From the NCBI GenBank assembly GCA_963801355.1, contig CAWDEM010000008.1, positions 1,312,001 to 1,376,000 on the forward strand: a stretch of 64,000 nucleotides of DNA, read 5' to 3'. This DNA comes from Ignavibacteriota bacterium. GTDB taxonomy: Bacteria; Bacteroidota; Ignavibacteria; UBA10030; UBA6906. The position numbers and the translations under genes are program-made. The notes beneath the pieces were generated by a model. The model worked only from the letters and a program-made list of their open reading frames with translations. It had not been told where the DNA came from and ran no database searches. Shown here piece by piece: positions 48,387 to 59,021 of this stretch; positions within the stretch are counted from its first letter, which is position 1; each line of letters starts with the position of its first letter.

Positions 48387-49879
48387 GTACCAACCCTCCC
48401 GCCACCGTGCCCTTCAGTCTTGTGGAGAGCTCCATCCTGCACCCACCAGCGTCCGTCCCTCCAGAGCAGTCGATCGGCGTCCGGCGGACCCCATGAACCC
48501 TGCTCGTACATCTGAAGTTCGGGAGCGGCTTCACCCTCCCAACCCCGCCGGAGAGCGTCGATGAGCTTCCACGCTAGAGCGATTTCATCATTGCGTGCAA
48601 ACAGGGAGGCATCTCCATTCATCGCATCGAGCAACAGCCGTTCGTACGACTCGGGGATCGGCGTTTCCTGAAATGTCTCCCGGAAATGGAAATTCATTTC
48701 CGCCGGCACCATTGTCATTCCCCCGTCAGGCACCTTCGTCATGAACCGGAGGTGAATCCCTTCGTCCGGTTGGATGGAGATGCTCAAATGGTTCGTCGAC
48801 AATTCCGTTGAGCCCGAAAGGATGTCGAACATTTGATGCGGTGGCCGGCGGAAACGTATGACGATCTCGGTTGATTTCTCTTTCAACATCTTGCCGGAGC
48901 GAAGGTAGAAGGGCACTCCCTGCCAGCGCCAGTTATCCAGAAAGATCTGGATCGCGGCAAACGTCTCGGTATGCGAATGCGGGTCAACTCCTGGCTCGGC
49001 ACGGTATCCGTTATACTGTCCCCGCACGGTGTACCGCACTGAAAGGTCTTCTGGAATTTCACGGATACTCCTGAGTACTTTCACCTTTTCGTCGCGCAGC
49101 GCATTTGCTTCAATGGCGACCGGGGGCTCCATGGCCACCAGCGAGAGAAGCTGAAGAAGATGATTCTGAAACATATCGCGCAGGAGGCCGGTCTGATCGT
49201 AGTACCCGGCCCGGTGTTCCACACCCACCGTTTCCGCCACCGTGATCTGGACATGGTCGATATAGTTGCGATTCCAGAGCGGTTCGAAGATGGCGTTGCC
49301 GAAACGGAAGACCAGGATATTTTGAACGGTCTCTTTGCCGAGGTAGTGGTCGATACGGTAGATCTGGTCCTCGCTCACCACTTTGAGCAGCTCGCGATCC
49401 AGCGCTTGGGCCGTCTCCAGATCGCTGCCGAACGGCTTCTCCACGATGATTCTTCTATATCCCTTGTTGCCCATCGGCGTCAGGAGACGGGCCTCGTTCA
49501 GTTTCTGGACCACGATGGGATAGAGCTTCGGCGTAATGGCAAGATAGAAAAGCGCGTCTGCATCCGCGCCGTCGGTGGTGTTCACCGTTCCGGCGAGGGA
49601 AAGATAGTCATTGAGCTTCTCAACGTTGCCCGGGTGGTAGAACAGGAGCTGCGCGAACGCTTCCCACTCGTCTTGCACGAACTCCGCGGGTATGTACGAG
49701 AGCAATGCTTCCTTCATCTTGTCGCGAAACTCGTCGTCGGAAAACGGATGCCGGGAAAACCCGACAATCTGCGTGTTCGCGGGCAGTCGTCTCTTCCGGA
49801 AATTCATGTACAGCGCAGGGATAAGCTTGCGCGATGTGAGATCGCCCGAGGCACCAAATATGACAATTGATTTCTTCAT
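48383..49879 (-). CDS. zwf: Glucose-6-phosphate 1-dehydrogenase
   Basis: FGASGDL, EKPFG, RIDHYLGKE, RDMFQNH, RWQGVPFYLRSGK, YERLL. Confidence 0.97.
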   Translation of the reverse strand: MKKSIVIFGASGDLTSRKLIPALYMNFRKRRLPANTQIVGFSRHPFSDDEFRDKMKEALLSYIPAEFVQDEWEAFAQLLFYHPGNVEKLNDYLSLAGTVNTTDGADADALFYLAITPKLYPIVVQKLNEARLLTPMGNKGYRRIIVEKPFGSDLETAQALDRELLKVVSEDQIYRIDHYLGKETVQNILVFRFGNAIFEPLWNRNYIDHVQITVAETVGVEHRAGYYDQTGLLRDMFQNHLLQLLSLVAMEPPVAIEANALRDEKVKVLRSIREIPEDLSVRYTVRGQYNGYRAEPGVDPHSHTETFAAIQIFLDNWRWQGVPFYLRSGKMLKEKSTEIVIRFRRPPHQMFDILSGSTELSTNHLSISIQPDEGIHLRFMTKVPDGGMTMVPAEMNFHFRETFQETPIPESYERLLLDAMNGDASLFARNDEIALAWKLIDALRRGWEGEAAPELQMYEQGSWGPPDADRLLWRDGRWWVQDGALHKTEGHGGGRVGT

Positions 49880-49914
49880 TGATACCCTTGGTTTTCGGGG
49901 GTTTGAAGGGGTTT

Positions 49915-50029
49915 GAAGCCTGGCTTTTATGTCTGAGGATTTCCCCAGGCTTTTTTGAAGGGCTTTTTTGTCAGGCTTTTTTGCAGGGCTTTTTTGTCAG
50001 GGTTTTTTGTCACAAGGGGTCTGACCCCT
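49915..50029. repeat. REP-like composite: 13-bp GGCTTTTTTG repeats (about 5) plus AGGGGTCTGACCCCT palindrome
   Basis: Perfect palindrome arms at 50015-50029; 49915-49952 matches 54685-54722 at 31/38. Confidence 0.75.
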
Positions 50030-50033
50030 GGTC

Positions 50034-51104
50034 CTATTCCAGGTTGTGAGTGGCAATGAACTCGTCCAGCGCCGTGTGGCCTTCAACCACTCCAATCTGC
50101 AGTGAAACATGCCGATCCTCGCCGGGTTCGAGGAATTCCAGCTTCCCCTGGGTACGCTCCGCGGCTCGGCCGCCGACACCGCAATTAGCCGGTTCCATGC
50201 CGATCACGTACGTGCCCGCCCCCATCATTTTCCATTCGATGAAGCGCTTAAGCTCCGCCTGCCGGTAGTGCACAAACAACCCGATGTCGAGCGCGTCATT
50301 CCGGATCATGACCGTTGCATGTCCGTCGGTATCGGCGACGAGGTCGTGATAGAACACTTGCTCGCTGTACCCCGCCTGCGGTGCTTCGACTATTTGTGCA
50401 CGGTCGAGGCCCGGGGCCGCGACATCATCCCGCGGCTGAGTCTTGCGGGAATGCAGGAACAGCTGCGCTCCTTCATCCACGACCGGCCAGCCGGCATTGA
50501 TGTGGTACAGCATCATGAGAGGGGTCCTGGACGTACCCGCATTGAGCACCGTGTCACGAACCACGATCACCGATTCACCAAGCGTTGTTTCGATTGTACG
50601 GTTCAGCGTGAGGTGCTCCCGGAACGGATGGTATTCTTCCATTGTCCCTTCGAGCGTGAACTTGCACTCCTCGCCAACCCATTCCGTCCGCGACCGGACG
50701 TCGCGGGCGGGAAGATGCGAAAGCCGGCCGTGGAGTCCGAGCGGTTCCCCCTCGTCCACACACGGCGCTCCGAGGTAGGTCATCCCGCACCCGGTCATCA
50801 ATCCTCCCGGAAATGACCGGAGCCAGCCGAGCCCCTGGGGATCGAAGAACGACGGGTGAACATCGCCCACGGGTGAGCGCCACGCGAGCGGGATGCCCCG
50901 GTAGTCTGCAACTGAGATGTCCATTCCCCGGTCGAGAGTGACCTGGAACCGCAGACCCGAACCCGTGCGCACATCGGCGATCCTCACGCCGTCTTCCTGT
51001 CCGTCGGACAGCGTCATCATGCGCACGCCGGCCAGTTGCGAGAGATCTCCGGCATGTGCGGCAATCTCATTGCCGGTGTAGTAACGTCGATAGAGTCGAG
51101 GCAT
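50034..51104 (-). CDS. Aldose 1-epimerase-like protein (DUF4432)
   Basis: GSGLRFQVTLDRGMDI, GLHGR, MLYHINAGWP, YVIGMEP. Confidence 0.85.
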   Translation of the reverse strand: MPRLYRRYYTGNEIAAHAGDLSQLAGVRMMTLSDGQEDGVRIADVRTGSGLRFQVTLDRGMDISVADYRGIPLAWRSPVGDVHPSFFDPQGLGWLRSFPGGLMTGCGMTYLGAPCVDEGEPLGLHGRLSHLPARDVRSRTEWVGEECKFTLEGTMEEYHPFREHLTLNRTIETTLGESVIVVRDTVLNAGTSRTPLMMLYHINAGWPVVDEGAQLFLHSRKTQPRDDVAAPGLDRAQIVEAPQAGYSEQVFYHDLVADTDGHATVMIRNDALDIGLFVHYRQAELKRFIEWKMMGAGTYVIGMEPANCGVGGRAAERTQGKLEFLEPGEDRHVSLQIGVVEGHTALDEFIATHNLE

Positions 51105-51190
51105 GAGCAAAGCTCCTTATGATATCCCGGATACAATACGTTCTGCTCGCTTCCGGCCGCATACCGCCCGATGTGTGCGCATCACGCGCT

Positions 51191-51985
51191 TCAGAGACGG
51201 GATGCTTTGCCGGGTTCGTTCACGAAGTGGACGAAATCTCCCAAAACCAGTTTCACAATATTGTCTTGAGGAAACGCATGCCCCACATGCTGCCGGAAAC
51301 CTTCGGCGTACTGAACGCCCACCATCATTCCGCGCTTCCGCGCGAGGACCTCAAGGGATTTGACGTACTCATTCACGCCGTGATGCGACTTCAACCAACC
51401 GAGCTGACTGTCGTGGCATACGAACATCCTTTCTTTCATCGGCATCATGCCACTGATATCAACGACGGTCGTCGGAGTAATGTCGTTTCCCAGTTTGTCC
51501 TTCCCCTCGAAGGGGTCACAATAGTAGAGATGGGGAATACCCAGGTACGGCTCCGTCCCTCCGATCTCAATATTCTTCATTCCCGCCGTGAAACACGCCG
51601 TTTCGACGACCATACTCGCGACCTCATGATCGACCATATAGTCTTGAGGACTCATCGTGAACACGATTTCCGGTCTGACCCGCCGGATCAGCGCGATGAC
51701 TTTCAAGAGGGTCGGACGATCATAACTGATGAAGATGTCGTCACACTCCATGCAGTGATATTCGCCATTCAAGAGCAGAGCCGAGGCCGCCGCCTCCTTC
51801 CTTCGGACTGCGCTGATCTCCGCCCTGTTCAGTGTTGTCGATCCACAATCTCCTGGTGTCATCGTGGCGATTTCCACGTTCCACCCTTGCTTATGCAATA
51901 ACGCCAGCGTTCCAGCGCACAGGATTTCCACATCATCCGGGTGGGCACCGACGGCCAGTACGGTCTTGACATTGTTTTGAGTCAT
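51191..51985 (-). CDS. PIG-L/LmbE-family N-deacetylase
   Basis: AHPDDVE, RRKEA, DYMVDH, HDSQ, AEGF; start MTQNNV at 51985. Confidence 0.9.
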   Translation of the reverse strand: MTQNNVKTVLAVGAHPDDVEILCAGTLALLHKQGWNVEIATMTPGDCGSTTLNRAEISAVRRKEAAASALLLNGEYHCMECDDIFISYDRPTLLKVIALIRRVRPEIVFTMSPQDYMVDHEVASMVVETACFTAGMKNIEIGGTEPYLGIPHLYYCDPFEGKDKLGNDITPTTVVDISGMMPMKERMFVCHDSQLGWLKSHHGVNEYVKSLEVLARKRGMMVGVQYAEGFRQHVGHAFPQDNIVKLVLGDFVHFVNEPGKASRL

Positions 51986-52031
51986 CGTCACCAGGTTCTC
52001 CGCGGTTGTGAGCGATCTCCAATATCCATCC

Positions 52032-52071
52032 GCGATCACGGTGCCATTGCCGAAAGCATTTAGCGCTAAAC
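52032..52071 (-). promoter_or_regulatory. Possible sigma54-like promoter plus perfect TTTAGCGCTAAA palindrome
   Basis: - strand TGGCAC-CGTGA-TCGC at 52032-52046; 12-bp palindrome at 52060-52071. Confidence 0.4.
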
Positions 52072-52086
52072 CCGTATGACCCCGAT

Positions 52087-53019
52087 TCAGTGCATTTCGG
52101 TTGTTACAGTTTTGATGGCCGGTCTGAAATAGTTGAACTGGACATTGGGGTGATCTGCGAGGAGAGACATAGGGACAGCTGTGTCGACGATGTTTTTGGC
52201 AATCATGAATGCCGTGAGCCGCATGCCGAAAGGATTGTCGTGAGTTCCTGCGTGCCAGATGGAGACTTTCTCAGACTTCCAGGTTTCGACCGGGCCTACT
52301 GAGAGGGCTTGTTCCGGCACTCCGACGATGTAACCTCCGCCGGAAGTTCTCGCATTCTGCGCCAATGTAATGGGATGCAAATCCACCACCCGTGCCGACA
52401 GTTTCCGGAATTCCCCGGGTGACGGCGGCGCGTCTTGGTACTTTCCTTCCCGCTTGAAGGGATCGTTGAACGCCCAGTGCTTGACTTCTCCTTGCCCCCC
52501 CTGCATCATGACACAGCGGACTTCATCGAAACTGTGTGAGTATTGTTTCAGATTATCCGCCCTGGGGAAGTGAATATTCTCAGTGGGCATTCTCAATTCG
52601 GGCCTGATGTTGTTGAAGCACAATTCCATATCCGCTTTCGCGAATGAAAGCGGATGAGTAATGGGTACTTCCCTGCCATCCACATACCACTCATCCATGC
52701 CCCAGAAGTGACAATTCCGCAAAGGCATGTCCAGGCAATTGACCAGTTCGGCTACGAGCGGCAGTTGTTCGGTCGGCCCGATCGGTCCACATATACCTGT
52801 CGGACTTGATGCTGTCGCTCTTTTCCAGGCGGTGATATATTCGAGCGCTTCATTCATATAGAATGATTCCACCGTCTCGTAAAAAACCACTTTGAATCCC
52901 GGGCGGGAGAGCTGCAGCAAGTCCTTCTCGGTCAATTGTGCTGCATCATGGAGAATATGTTCGTCAAGCGTGGTAAAATCCCACCACTCCTTTGCGAGCA
53001 TACTGGTTGTTCTTGACAC
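52087..53019 (-). CDS. Divergent glucosamine-6-phosphate deaminase (NagB)-like protein
   Basis: GPIGPT, FWGMDEW (cf. NagB MDEY), [13 protein letters not shown] (cf. GHIAFNEP); GTG start at 53019 after a GGAGA RBS. Confidence 0.78.
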   Translation of the reverse strand: MSRTTSMLAKEWWDFTTLDEHILHDAAQLTEKDLLQLSRPGFKVVFYETVESFYMNEALEYITAWKRATASSPTGICGPIGPTEQLPLVAELVNCLDMPLRNCHFWGMDEWYVDGREVPITHPLSFAKADMELCFNNIRPELRMPTENIHFPRADNLKQYSHSFDEVRCVMMQGGQGEVKHWAFNDPFKREGKYQDAPPSPGEFRKLSARVVDLHPITLAQNARTSGGGYIVGVPEQALSVGPVETWKSEKVSIWHAGTHDNPFGMRLTAFMIAKNIVDTAVPMSLLADHPNVQFNYFRPAIKTVTTEMH

Positions 53020-53117
53020 TCTCGTATCTCCCCATGGTGACTGCGGCGAATATGCAATGGACGGCGGAGAAATATTGTAACATATCGTCGGCGTATGTTC
53101 AAGGAGAATCTCAAGGC

Positions 53118-53132
53118 AGGGGTCAGATCCCT
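53118..53132. repeat. GGGGTCAGACCCC-family palindrome copy
   Basis: AGGGGTCAGATCCCT just downstream of the oxidoreductase stop. Confidence 0.65.
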
Positions 53133-53145
53133 CTGTACGCTGCAT

Positions 53146-54627
53146 CTACATGGATTTATCAGGCATTGCAACAGCGGTGGCGTGTGAAGGCATCACGGGA
53201 AATTCCGGCATCCCTATATTCTTCACAAGATCGTCTATCACTATTTCTTTCCCCGCGGCCATGGAGAAATTCGCGGCGACCCCTGTGAGCAGCGAGTACG
53301 CTCCCGCCCTTTGATCGGCACACCGCATGTATTTGTCAGGTGTTGTAGTAGGATTGAAGATGTCCTTCAGCATGAGATCATCGCCGCCGCCATGCCCACC
53401 TTCTCCTTGCCACACATTGACATCATATCCCGCGCCCCTGATGGGGAAGATCTTTGTGTATTCCCCGCCGGCCTTTATGCCGCCCTGAACTCCGCCATCT
53501 CCTGCCACGTATATCGTCTCTTCGATTTTGTGTTCGAGGCGTCCCTTTGTGCCGTTGAAGATGACGTAGTAACCTTCCCACGAGTTGAACGCGTTGAGCG
53601 AATAGCTCATGGTCGCACGGGTACTGTACTTCACCAGGACGTTCATGGTGTCTTCGATGTCAATCTCCGGTCTGAACACGCAACGGTCTCTGAAGTATCC
53701 ATCAAAGTGCTCGTTGTCAAGGTAGAGCGCCTTGAGGTTCGGATTCGCCGCGAGATCCAGTTCGAAACCGCACTTCTGCTTTTCCGGGCACGTTCGGCAT
53801 CTCTCGTGATGGCTTGACAACCCGAACCGTTTTGCCATTTCCGGCGTGTAGAACTCCTTTTTGCCCATCGCAGAGACGGCGACAGGGATCGCGGAAAGCC
53901 ACCAATTCATCAGATCGAAATGGTGCGTCGCCTTGTGCAGCATCAAGCCGTTGGAGAACTGTTTCATGCTGTGCCATCGCCGGAAATAGTCGGCACCGTG
54001 GTGGGTGTTGAGCATCCAGTGGAAATCCGCGGAAAGCACATCACCGATGGCCCCGTTCATCAAGAGATCTTTCACCTGGGTTCGCGCGGGGGAGTAGCGG
54101 TAGTTGAAGCTCACGGTAACCTTCCTGCCGTGCTGTTTTTGCGCCTCGAGAATCTGACGGCACTTCTCATCGGTATTGGTCATCGGTTTTTCCGTGATGA
54201 CATCGCAGCCCAGCTGCATTGCACGGACGATGTAGTGATGATGGGTACTGTCCACTGTTGTCACGATGACCGTATCGGGCTTTGTTTCACGAATCATCAG
54301 GTCAAAGTCTTTTGCATCGTACATGGGGATAGTCTGCCCTGTTTCCTTTTTTGCGAAGTCCTGAGAGAGCTTCAGTCTACCCGCGTTCGTATCGCAGAAA
54401 CCGACCACCTCGCACGTATCGTGAAACATCCGGTAGAGGCCTGCCTGCCACATACGTGTTCTTGATCCGACCCCGACAATCGCATATCGCTTTTTGGAAC
54501 TCAGGGCACGGTACGTGTTCGCAAGGACATTGCCGCCGAGAACTACACCGGCGCCTGAAGCGGCGGTCACCTGGAGAAACCGTCTGCGAGTAATGTCACG
54601 TTGTTGACGTTCGCCATTCGTATTCAT
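53146..54627 (-). CDS. Tat-exported Gfo/Idh/MocA-family oxidoreductase
   Basis: TRRRFLQ Tat motif; IVGVGSR, EKPM, FNYRY, HGADYFRRWH, HKATHHFD, GGHGGGD. Confidence 0.9.
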   Translation of the reverse strand: MNTNGERQQRDITRRRFLQVTAASGAGVVLGGNVLANTYRALSSKKRYAIVGVGSRTRMWQAGLYRMFHDTCEVVGFCDTNAGRLKLSQDFAKKETGQTIPMYDAKDFDLMIRETKPDTVIVTTVDSTHHHYIVRAMQLGCDVITEKPMTNTDEKCRQILEAQKQHGRKVTVSFNYRYSPARTQVKDLLMNGAIGDVLSADFHWMLNTHHGADYFRRWHSMKQFSNGLMLHKATHHFDLMNWWLSAIPVAVSAMGKKEFYTPEMAKRFGLSSHHERCRTCPEKQKCGFELDLAANPNLKALYLDNEHFDGYFRDRCVFRPEIDIEDTMNVLVKYSTRATMSYSLNAFNSWEGYYVIFNGTKGRLEHKIEETIYVAGDGGVQGGIKAGGEYTKIFPIRGAGYDVNVWQGEGGHGGGDDLMLKDIFNPTTTPDKYMRCADQRAGAYSLLTGVAANFSMAAGKEIVIDDLVKNIGMPEFPVMPSHATAVAMPDKSM

Positions 54628-54684
54628 GGAGTCTCCCTGCGTTATGGTCTTGGGGCGTTGAATTCAGGCCTCAGGATGAAATGA

Positions 54685-54791
54685 GAAGCCTGACTTTGAT
54701 GTCAGGCTTTTTCCCCAGGCTTCGTTCCCAGTCATGCAACCTTGTCACAATCGGCTGTCTACATCTGACAATCTGTCGCGGTTAGACCCCT
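54685..54791. repeat. REP-like composite with AAGCCTGAC/GTCAGGCTT hairpin and terminal GCGGTTAGACCCCT
   Basis: Hairpin 54686-54709; 54769-54791 matches 26881-26903 at 21/23. Confidence 0.7.
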
Positions 54792-56748
54792 AGCGGACGA
54801 GCAAGAGTCGCCTGGTCTCTACAAATGCGCCTGCTCCGCTCTTGGAGCCATGCCCGATGGCGGAGCCCAGTGGGCGGACTTGCATTCTGTACAGGTACAC
54901 CCCACTCGACAGACCGCTGCCGTTGAACTGCACTTCGTGATATCCCGCGTCCATCTCCCCGTTGACAAGAGTCACCACTTGCTGGCCAAGAGTGTTGAAA
55001 ACGGTCAGCATGACATGCGACTGATTGGGCAGGCCGTAGCGGATCGTCGTTGACGGGTTGAAGGGATTCGGGTAGTTCTGCCCGAGCGAGTACTCTGAAG
55101 GACATTCAGGTGTCTCGATCACCGAAGCCGAGCCGACCGTGAATGACTTCATCTCAGAAAAGGAGGACCCGGCAAATTCGTGGTCAATCGCCTGGACGCT
55201 CCAATAGTATGTACCCGGAGGAAGATTTCTGAGGGTGGCCGATGTCCGCGTTCCGCACCTGCCGGGTTTGGGCAGGCGGCGGAAACCGGAAGAGAGGTTC
55301 GAGAGAGGCGAGACAATGTCGGTCCCCCCCGGGGTGGTGCCCACTTTCAGATTGTAGGTGATAGCCTTCTGAGCCGTCTCGGTGTCAGATGAGGGGTTCC
55401 ATGTGAACGTTGCACTTCCGGACTCCACCCTTGACGCAAGCCCTTGAGGTGTACCGGGTGATGTGTTTCCCGCAACCAACACTTTGTTCCGGTATAGAAT
55501 CGTTACCGGCTCGAGATCGCCGCCATACGTGGGGTGCGTCCGCGGCAGCGTCGCACCGGTGACCAGCAAATCCAGCCTCCCATCGTTGTCGTAGTCTCCC
55601 CAATCCAGCGACCCAAACCATGTTCCCTCGAGCATCGCACCGATATCCAGAAACTTCCCATCACCGTCATTGTGATAGATCTTTGTCGTCGGATTGGAAC
55701 CGGTCGTGAAATCATCAGCTCCGGACACGGCAATATCGACGAACCCGTCGTTGTCGTAGTCTCCAACTGCAACCGCACTGACCGACACCGGCTTAATCGT
55801 CGTCTCGATCTCGGCAAAGCTGCCGTTTTTGTTGTTGTGGTAGACGGCCGCCGCCGCCAGTCCACCGGATGCCGCACCGGTCACAAGTAGATCCTGAAAG
55901 CCGTCGTTGTCATAGTCAAACCAGATCAGTCCTCCGGAATTCACGGGGCGGAATCCGGCAGTGCTGTCCACCGGATAATACACTTCATCAAAGCTGATGA
56001 CGCCCCGTGACATTGCATTATGGAAGAGGCGGGTCTGGACACCCCAACCATATCCGCTGATCACAACATCCATGAATCCGTCATTGTCGTAATCCGCCCA
56101 CGAAACCGAGCTACCCCACACGCCGGGGAAAGGCATAGGATCCACGTAGAATTGTCCGTTGATCACACGATACAGTTTCGAAGCGAACGACCCCCCGGCA
56201 TCCGGAGAACCATTCATGAGCAGGTCGACACGGCCGTCATTGTCGTAATCCACCCAGGTCACAGCGCCTCCGGAAAGGTTCATCAGCTGGGCACCGATAT
56301 CGATGTATTTGCCGTTGTCGTTTCTATACACTTTTGACGCCGGCTGATTGTGGGTGGTGTCGAGCCATCCCTGGACTGCGAAGTCAATGTCTTCATCGTT
56401 GTCAATATCGGCCCAGGCAAGTCCCCGTTCGGAAATAATCGGACAGATTTGGGCCTCGATATTTGAAAACGATTCGACGTTGTTCCGGTAGACTCCGGAG
56501 ACGGGACCATTCGCGGACATGCCCGCCATAAGAATGTCCAGCCGGCCATCATTGTTATAGTCGAACCAGATCGCACTGCCGGCAATGACACCGGGAATCG
56601 GCAGATCCTGCTTGACCCACGCAATACTGTCTTGCAGAGCACCCCTCCGGGAAAGACGCTCCTCCGCAGAAGTCCATGCGATGCACACAAGCATAAGAAC
56701 AAGAAGGCCTGCGACAACTGAAGCCCGGTCTATCCTGATACTAGACAT
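54790..56748 (-). CDS. T9SS-secreted FG-GAP/VCBS-repeat protein with FN3-like domain
   Basis: Seven D(Y/I)(D/N)ND(G/E)xxD repeats, YYWSVQAID, CTD; probable start 56748. Confidence 0.88.
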   Translation of the reverse strand: MSSIRIDRASVVAGLLVLMLVCIAWTSAEERLSRRGALQDSIAWVKQDLPIPGVIAGSAIWFDYNNDGRLDILMAGMSANGPVSGVYRNNVESFSNIEAQICPIISERGLAWADIDNDEDIDFAVQGWLDTTHNQPASKVYRNDNGKYIDIGAQLMNLSGGAVTWVDYDNDGRVDLLMNGSPDAGGSFASKLYRVINGQFYVDPMPFPGVWGSSVSWADYDNDGFMDVVISGYGWGVQTRLFHNAMSRGVISFDEVYYPVDSTAGFRPVNSGGLIWFDYDNDGFQDLLVTGAASGGLAAAAVYHNNKNGSFAEIETTIKPVSVSAVAVGDYDNDGFVDIAVSGADDFTTGSNPTTKIYHNDGDGKFLDIGAMLEGTWFGSLDWGDYDNDGRLDLLVTGATLPRTHPTYGGDLEPVTILYRNKVLVAGNTSPGTPQGLASRVESGSATFTWNPSSDTETAQKAITYNLKVGTTPGGTDIVSPLSNLSSGFRRLPKPGRCGTRTSATLRNLPPGTYYWSVQAIDHEFAGSSFSEMKSFTVGSASVIETPECPSEYSLGQNYPNPFNPSTTIRYGLPNQSHVMLTVFNTLGQQVVTLVNGEMDAGYHEVQFNGSGLSSGVYLYRMQVRPLGSAIGHGSKSGAGAFVETRRLLLVR

Positions 56749-56900
56749 CGCTTTGCTCCTGGTATTAGACGGTGCAAGGGCACGTCGTGTACTTTGCGCT
56801 GGCACCGTGCCGACGAGACGTGTAATTTTCAAGTAAGGGGCCCGGCGACTGCTGGACCCCTGTCAAGTTCTCCCCTCCTCACACGGGAGGACAGATGTTA

Positions 56901-59009
56901 TTACCGCAGCAACACGAATGCGCGTGTCTGAACGAAAACCCCGGTTCCGCTCTTGGAGTCACGCTCGACTGCGGAGTCCGGAGGGCGGGCTTGGATCCTG
57001 TAGTAGTACACACCGCTCGGAAGCCCGCTCCCATCAAACTTCACTTCATGATACCCCTCCTCCTGCTCCCCGTCCTGGAGAATCGCGACCTGCTCACCGA
57101 GAGCGTTGAAAACGGTCAACGCTACGTGTGACCGCTGAGCGAGGCTGTAGCGAATCGTCGTCGAGGGGTTGAAGGGGTTAGGGTAGTTCTGCCAGAGGTA
57201 GAACACGGCCGGATGAGACGTGTGGTCCTCAACCGAGATCACAATTTGGGAGGGCTCAACCACCAGGAATGCAGTGTATGGGGTGAGCACGCTGTACTTG
57301 ATGCTCAGTGCAATGACCTGTGAAACAAGCTCCGGGCTCTCCCCTACGACCTTTATGAGGTCAAGAATACTCTGGATTTTCTGCGCTCCCCAGTACCGGC
57401 CGACAGCCAGCCAAGTGCGGTTTGTATCTGTGAATTTGACATTCTGCTCGATGACGAGAGGCGTTGTGCCCACCGATCCTGTCAACCGTACAAGCGCCGT
57501 CCCCGTTTGAGTGAATCTGCCGGCCGTCAGGAGCTGATCACCCGCATACAAATCCGGCAGTGCGGCGGGATGAATGTCAAAGGCACCCAGGATGCCGAAG
57601 TCCATTGTGACATTCCGGATGCGCGGGAGGAAGAGCCGGCGGTACAGATCTTTTACAGTTATGTAGATACTGTCGTCAGTTTGGACTCTTGTGAAGAAAC
57701 CATTAGTCGTCTTTGCCAGGTTCTCGAGAAGCGTGTAGTCCGGCTCATTGCCTACTCCGACGGGGAACAGCCGCACGTGGCTTGCATTCCAGCGCCGTGT
57801 GTACTGCAATAGCGAATCCGGTGAAATCTCTCCCCAGCTGGGTTGTCCATCGGTAACGAAGATGATCGCGGCATGCACTGAATCGCTATACGACTGCATA
57901 AACGCTTGATGGAGGGCATCCTCAAAATTCGTAAGCCCCAGGGCAGTCAGTCTGGATACGAACGTGCGTGCAGAGTCCTTCGCGGCGGTTGTTGCAGAAA
58001 CAGCATTCCCGCGGAACGCAGCCGTGCCCGTGCTGAAGGCAATGATGTTGAACCGGTCTTTCTCCGTCAACAAATCGATAAACGACGCCAGGGCGTCTTT
58101 CAGCTGAACCAGGCGATCCCCGTCCATGCTCGATGACACATCCGCCACGAAAGTGAGTTCATGCGTCTGGACAGAATCCCCGGCAAGAGAGTCCGGCAAT
58201 GCTGTCCAGAGAAGGAAATAAGGGGACTCCCCCGGGAACTCGGGCGGGACGTAGGTCAGGGGTACCATCGACTTGCCGGCCCGGTCGATGGACGCCCTCA
58301 CGCTGAAGTCACGGGAGAACGCGATATTCTCTGAACCGTAGATAATGGTCCAGTGAAAGTCGTCCTCCCGATTCACGACTACTGCTGTCGTGGACTGGTC
58401 GGCTGAAGTCTCAACCGCGCTGATGGGCAATTGTGAGCGGAGGTCGATAGAGAGCGATGCCGTTTCGATGGCTGCGGAAGTGTAGTCGCTCATGTCGAGC
58501 GGGAAGACATATTGTATGTTCCCCTTGTAATACGTCAAAGGCTGCGAGTACACTATTTCGATGCGCCGGGTATTCCTTGCTTCAAAGGGGAAAATCCGCA
58601 AGCGGAATGTATTGGATCCCAGTTGCTCCAGTATGGCGGGATCCGTCAGGCGCGTGACGATCTCGGTGTACTTCACAATTGCGTCTTCACGCTTCTTCAC
58701 GGTGTAGGGGGTGCGGATACCATTGATCCAGAGATACATCTCATTCACCTGTGCTCCTGCGGGCAAGGTGAACACATAGAAGCCTTCAAGTCGAAACGAG
58801 TTGTCGTTGGCGAATTCCTGGTCCACGCTGGTCACCGCCAGCTGATCATGTATGACGACCTTCGCCTTGAAACTCTTGATCCTGAGGTTGTAGATGGGAC
58901 TGCTGGCGTTGTTCGGAAGCCGCGCGTACACCCGGCCGATGGACCAGGATGTGTCCGTGAGCGTGAGAATGCACGCCATGACTGCAAGACAGCGAATGAG
59001 TGTCTTCAT
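56901..59009 (-). CDS. T9SS-secreted VIT + vWA (inter-alpha-trypsin-inhibitor-like) protein
   Basis: VIT region (QEFAND...[20 protein letters not shown]), [31 protein letters not shown]. Confidence 0.88.
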   Translation of the reverse strand: MKTLIRCLAVMACILTLTDTSWSIGRVYARLPNNASSPIYNLRIKSFKAKVVIHDQLAVTSVDQEFANDNSFRLEGFYVFTLPAGAQVNEMYLWINGIRTPYTVKKREDAIVKYTEIVTRLTDPAILEQLGSNTFRLRIFPFEARNTRRIEIVYSQPLTYYKGNIQYVFPLDMSDYTSAAIETASLSIDLRSQLPISAVETSADQSTTAVVVNREDDFHWTIIYGSENIAFSRDFSVRASIDRAGKSMVPLTYVPPEFPGESPYFLLWTALPDSLAGDSVQTHELTFVADVSSSMDGDRLVQLKDALASFIDLLTEKDRFNIIAFSTGTAAFRGNAVSATTAAKDSARTFVSRLTALGLTNFEDALHQAFMQSYSDSVHAAIIFVTDGQPSWGEISPDSLLQYTRRWNASHVRLFPVGVGNEPDYTLLENLAKTTNGFFTRVQTDDSIYITVKDLYRRLFLPRIRNVTMDFGILGAFDIHPAALPDLYAGDQLLTAGRFTQTGTALVRLTGSVGTTPLVIEQNVKFTDTNRTWLAVGRYWGAQKIQSILDLIKVVGESPELVSQVIALSIKYSVLTPYTAFLVVEPSQIVISVEDHTSHPAVFYLWQNYPNPFNPSTTIRYSLAQRSHVALTVFNALGEQVAILQDGEQEEGYHEVKFDGSGLPSGVYYYRIQARPPDSAVERDSKSGTGVFVQTRAFVLLR

Positions 59010-59021
59010 AGGAAATCCCTC

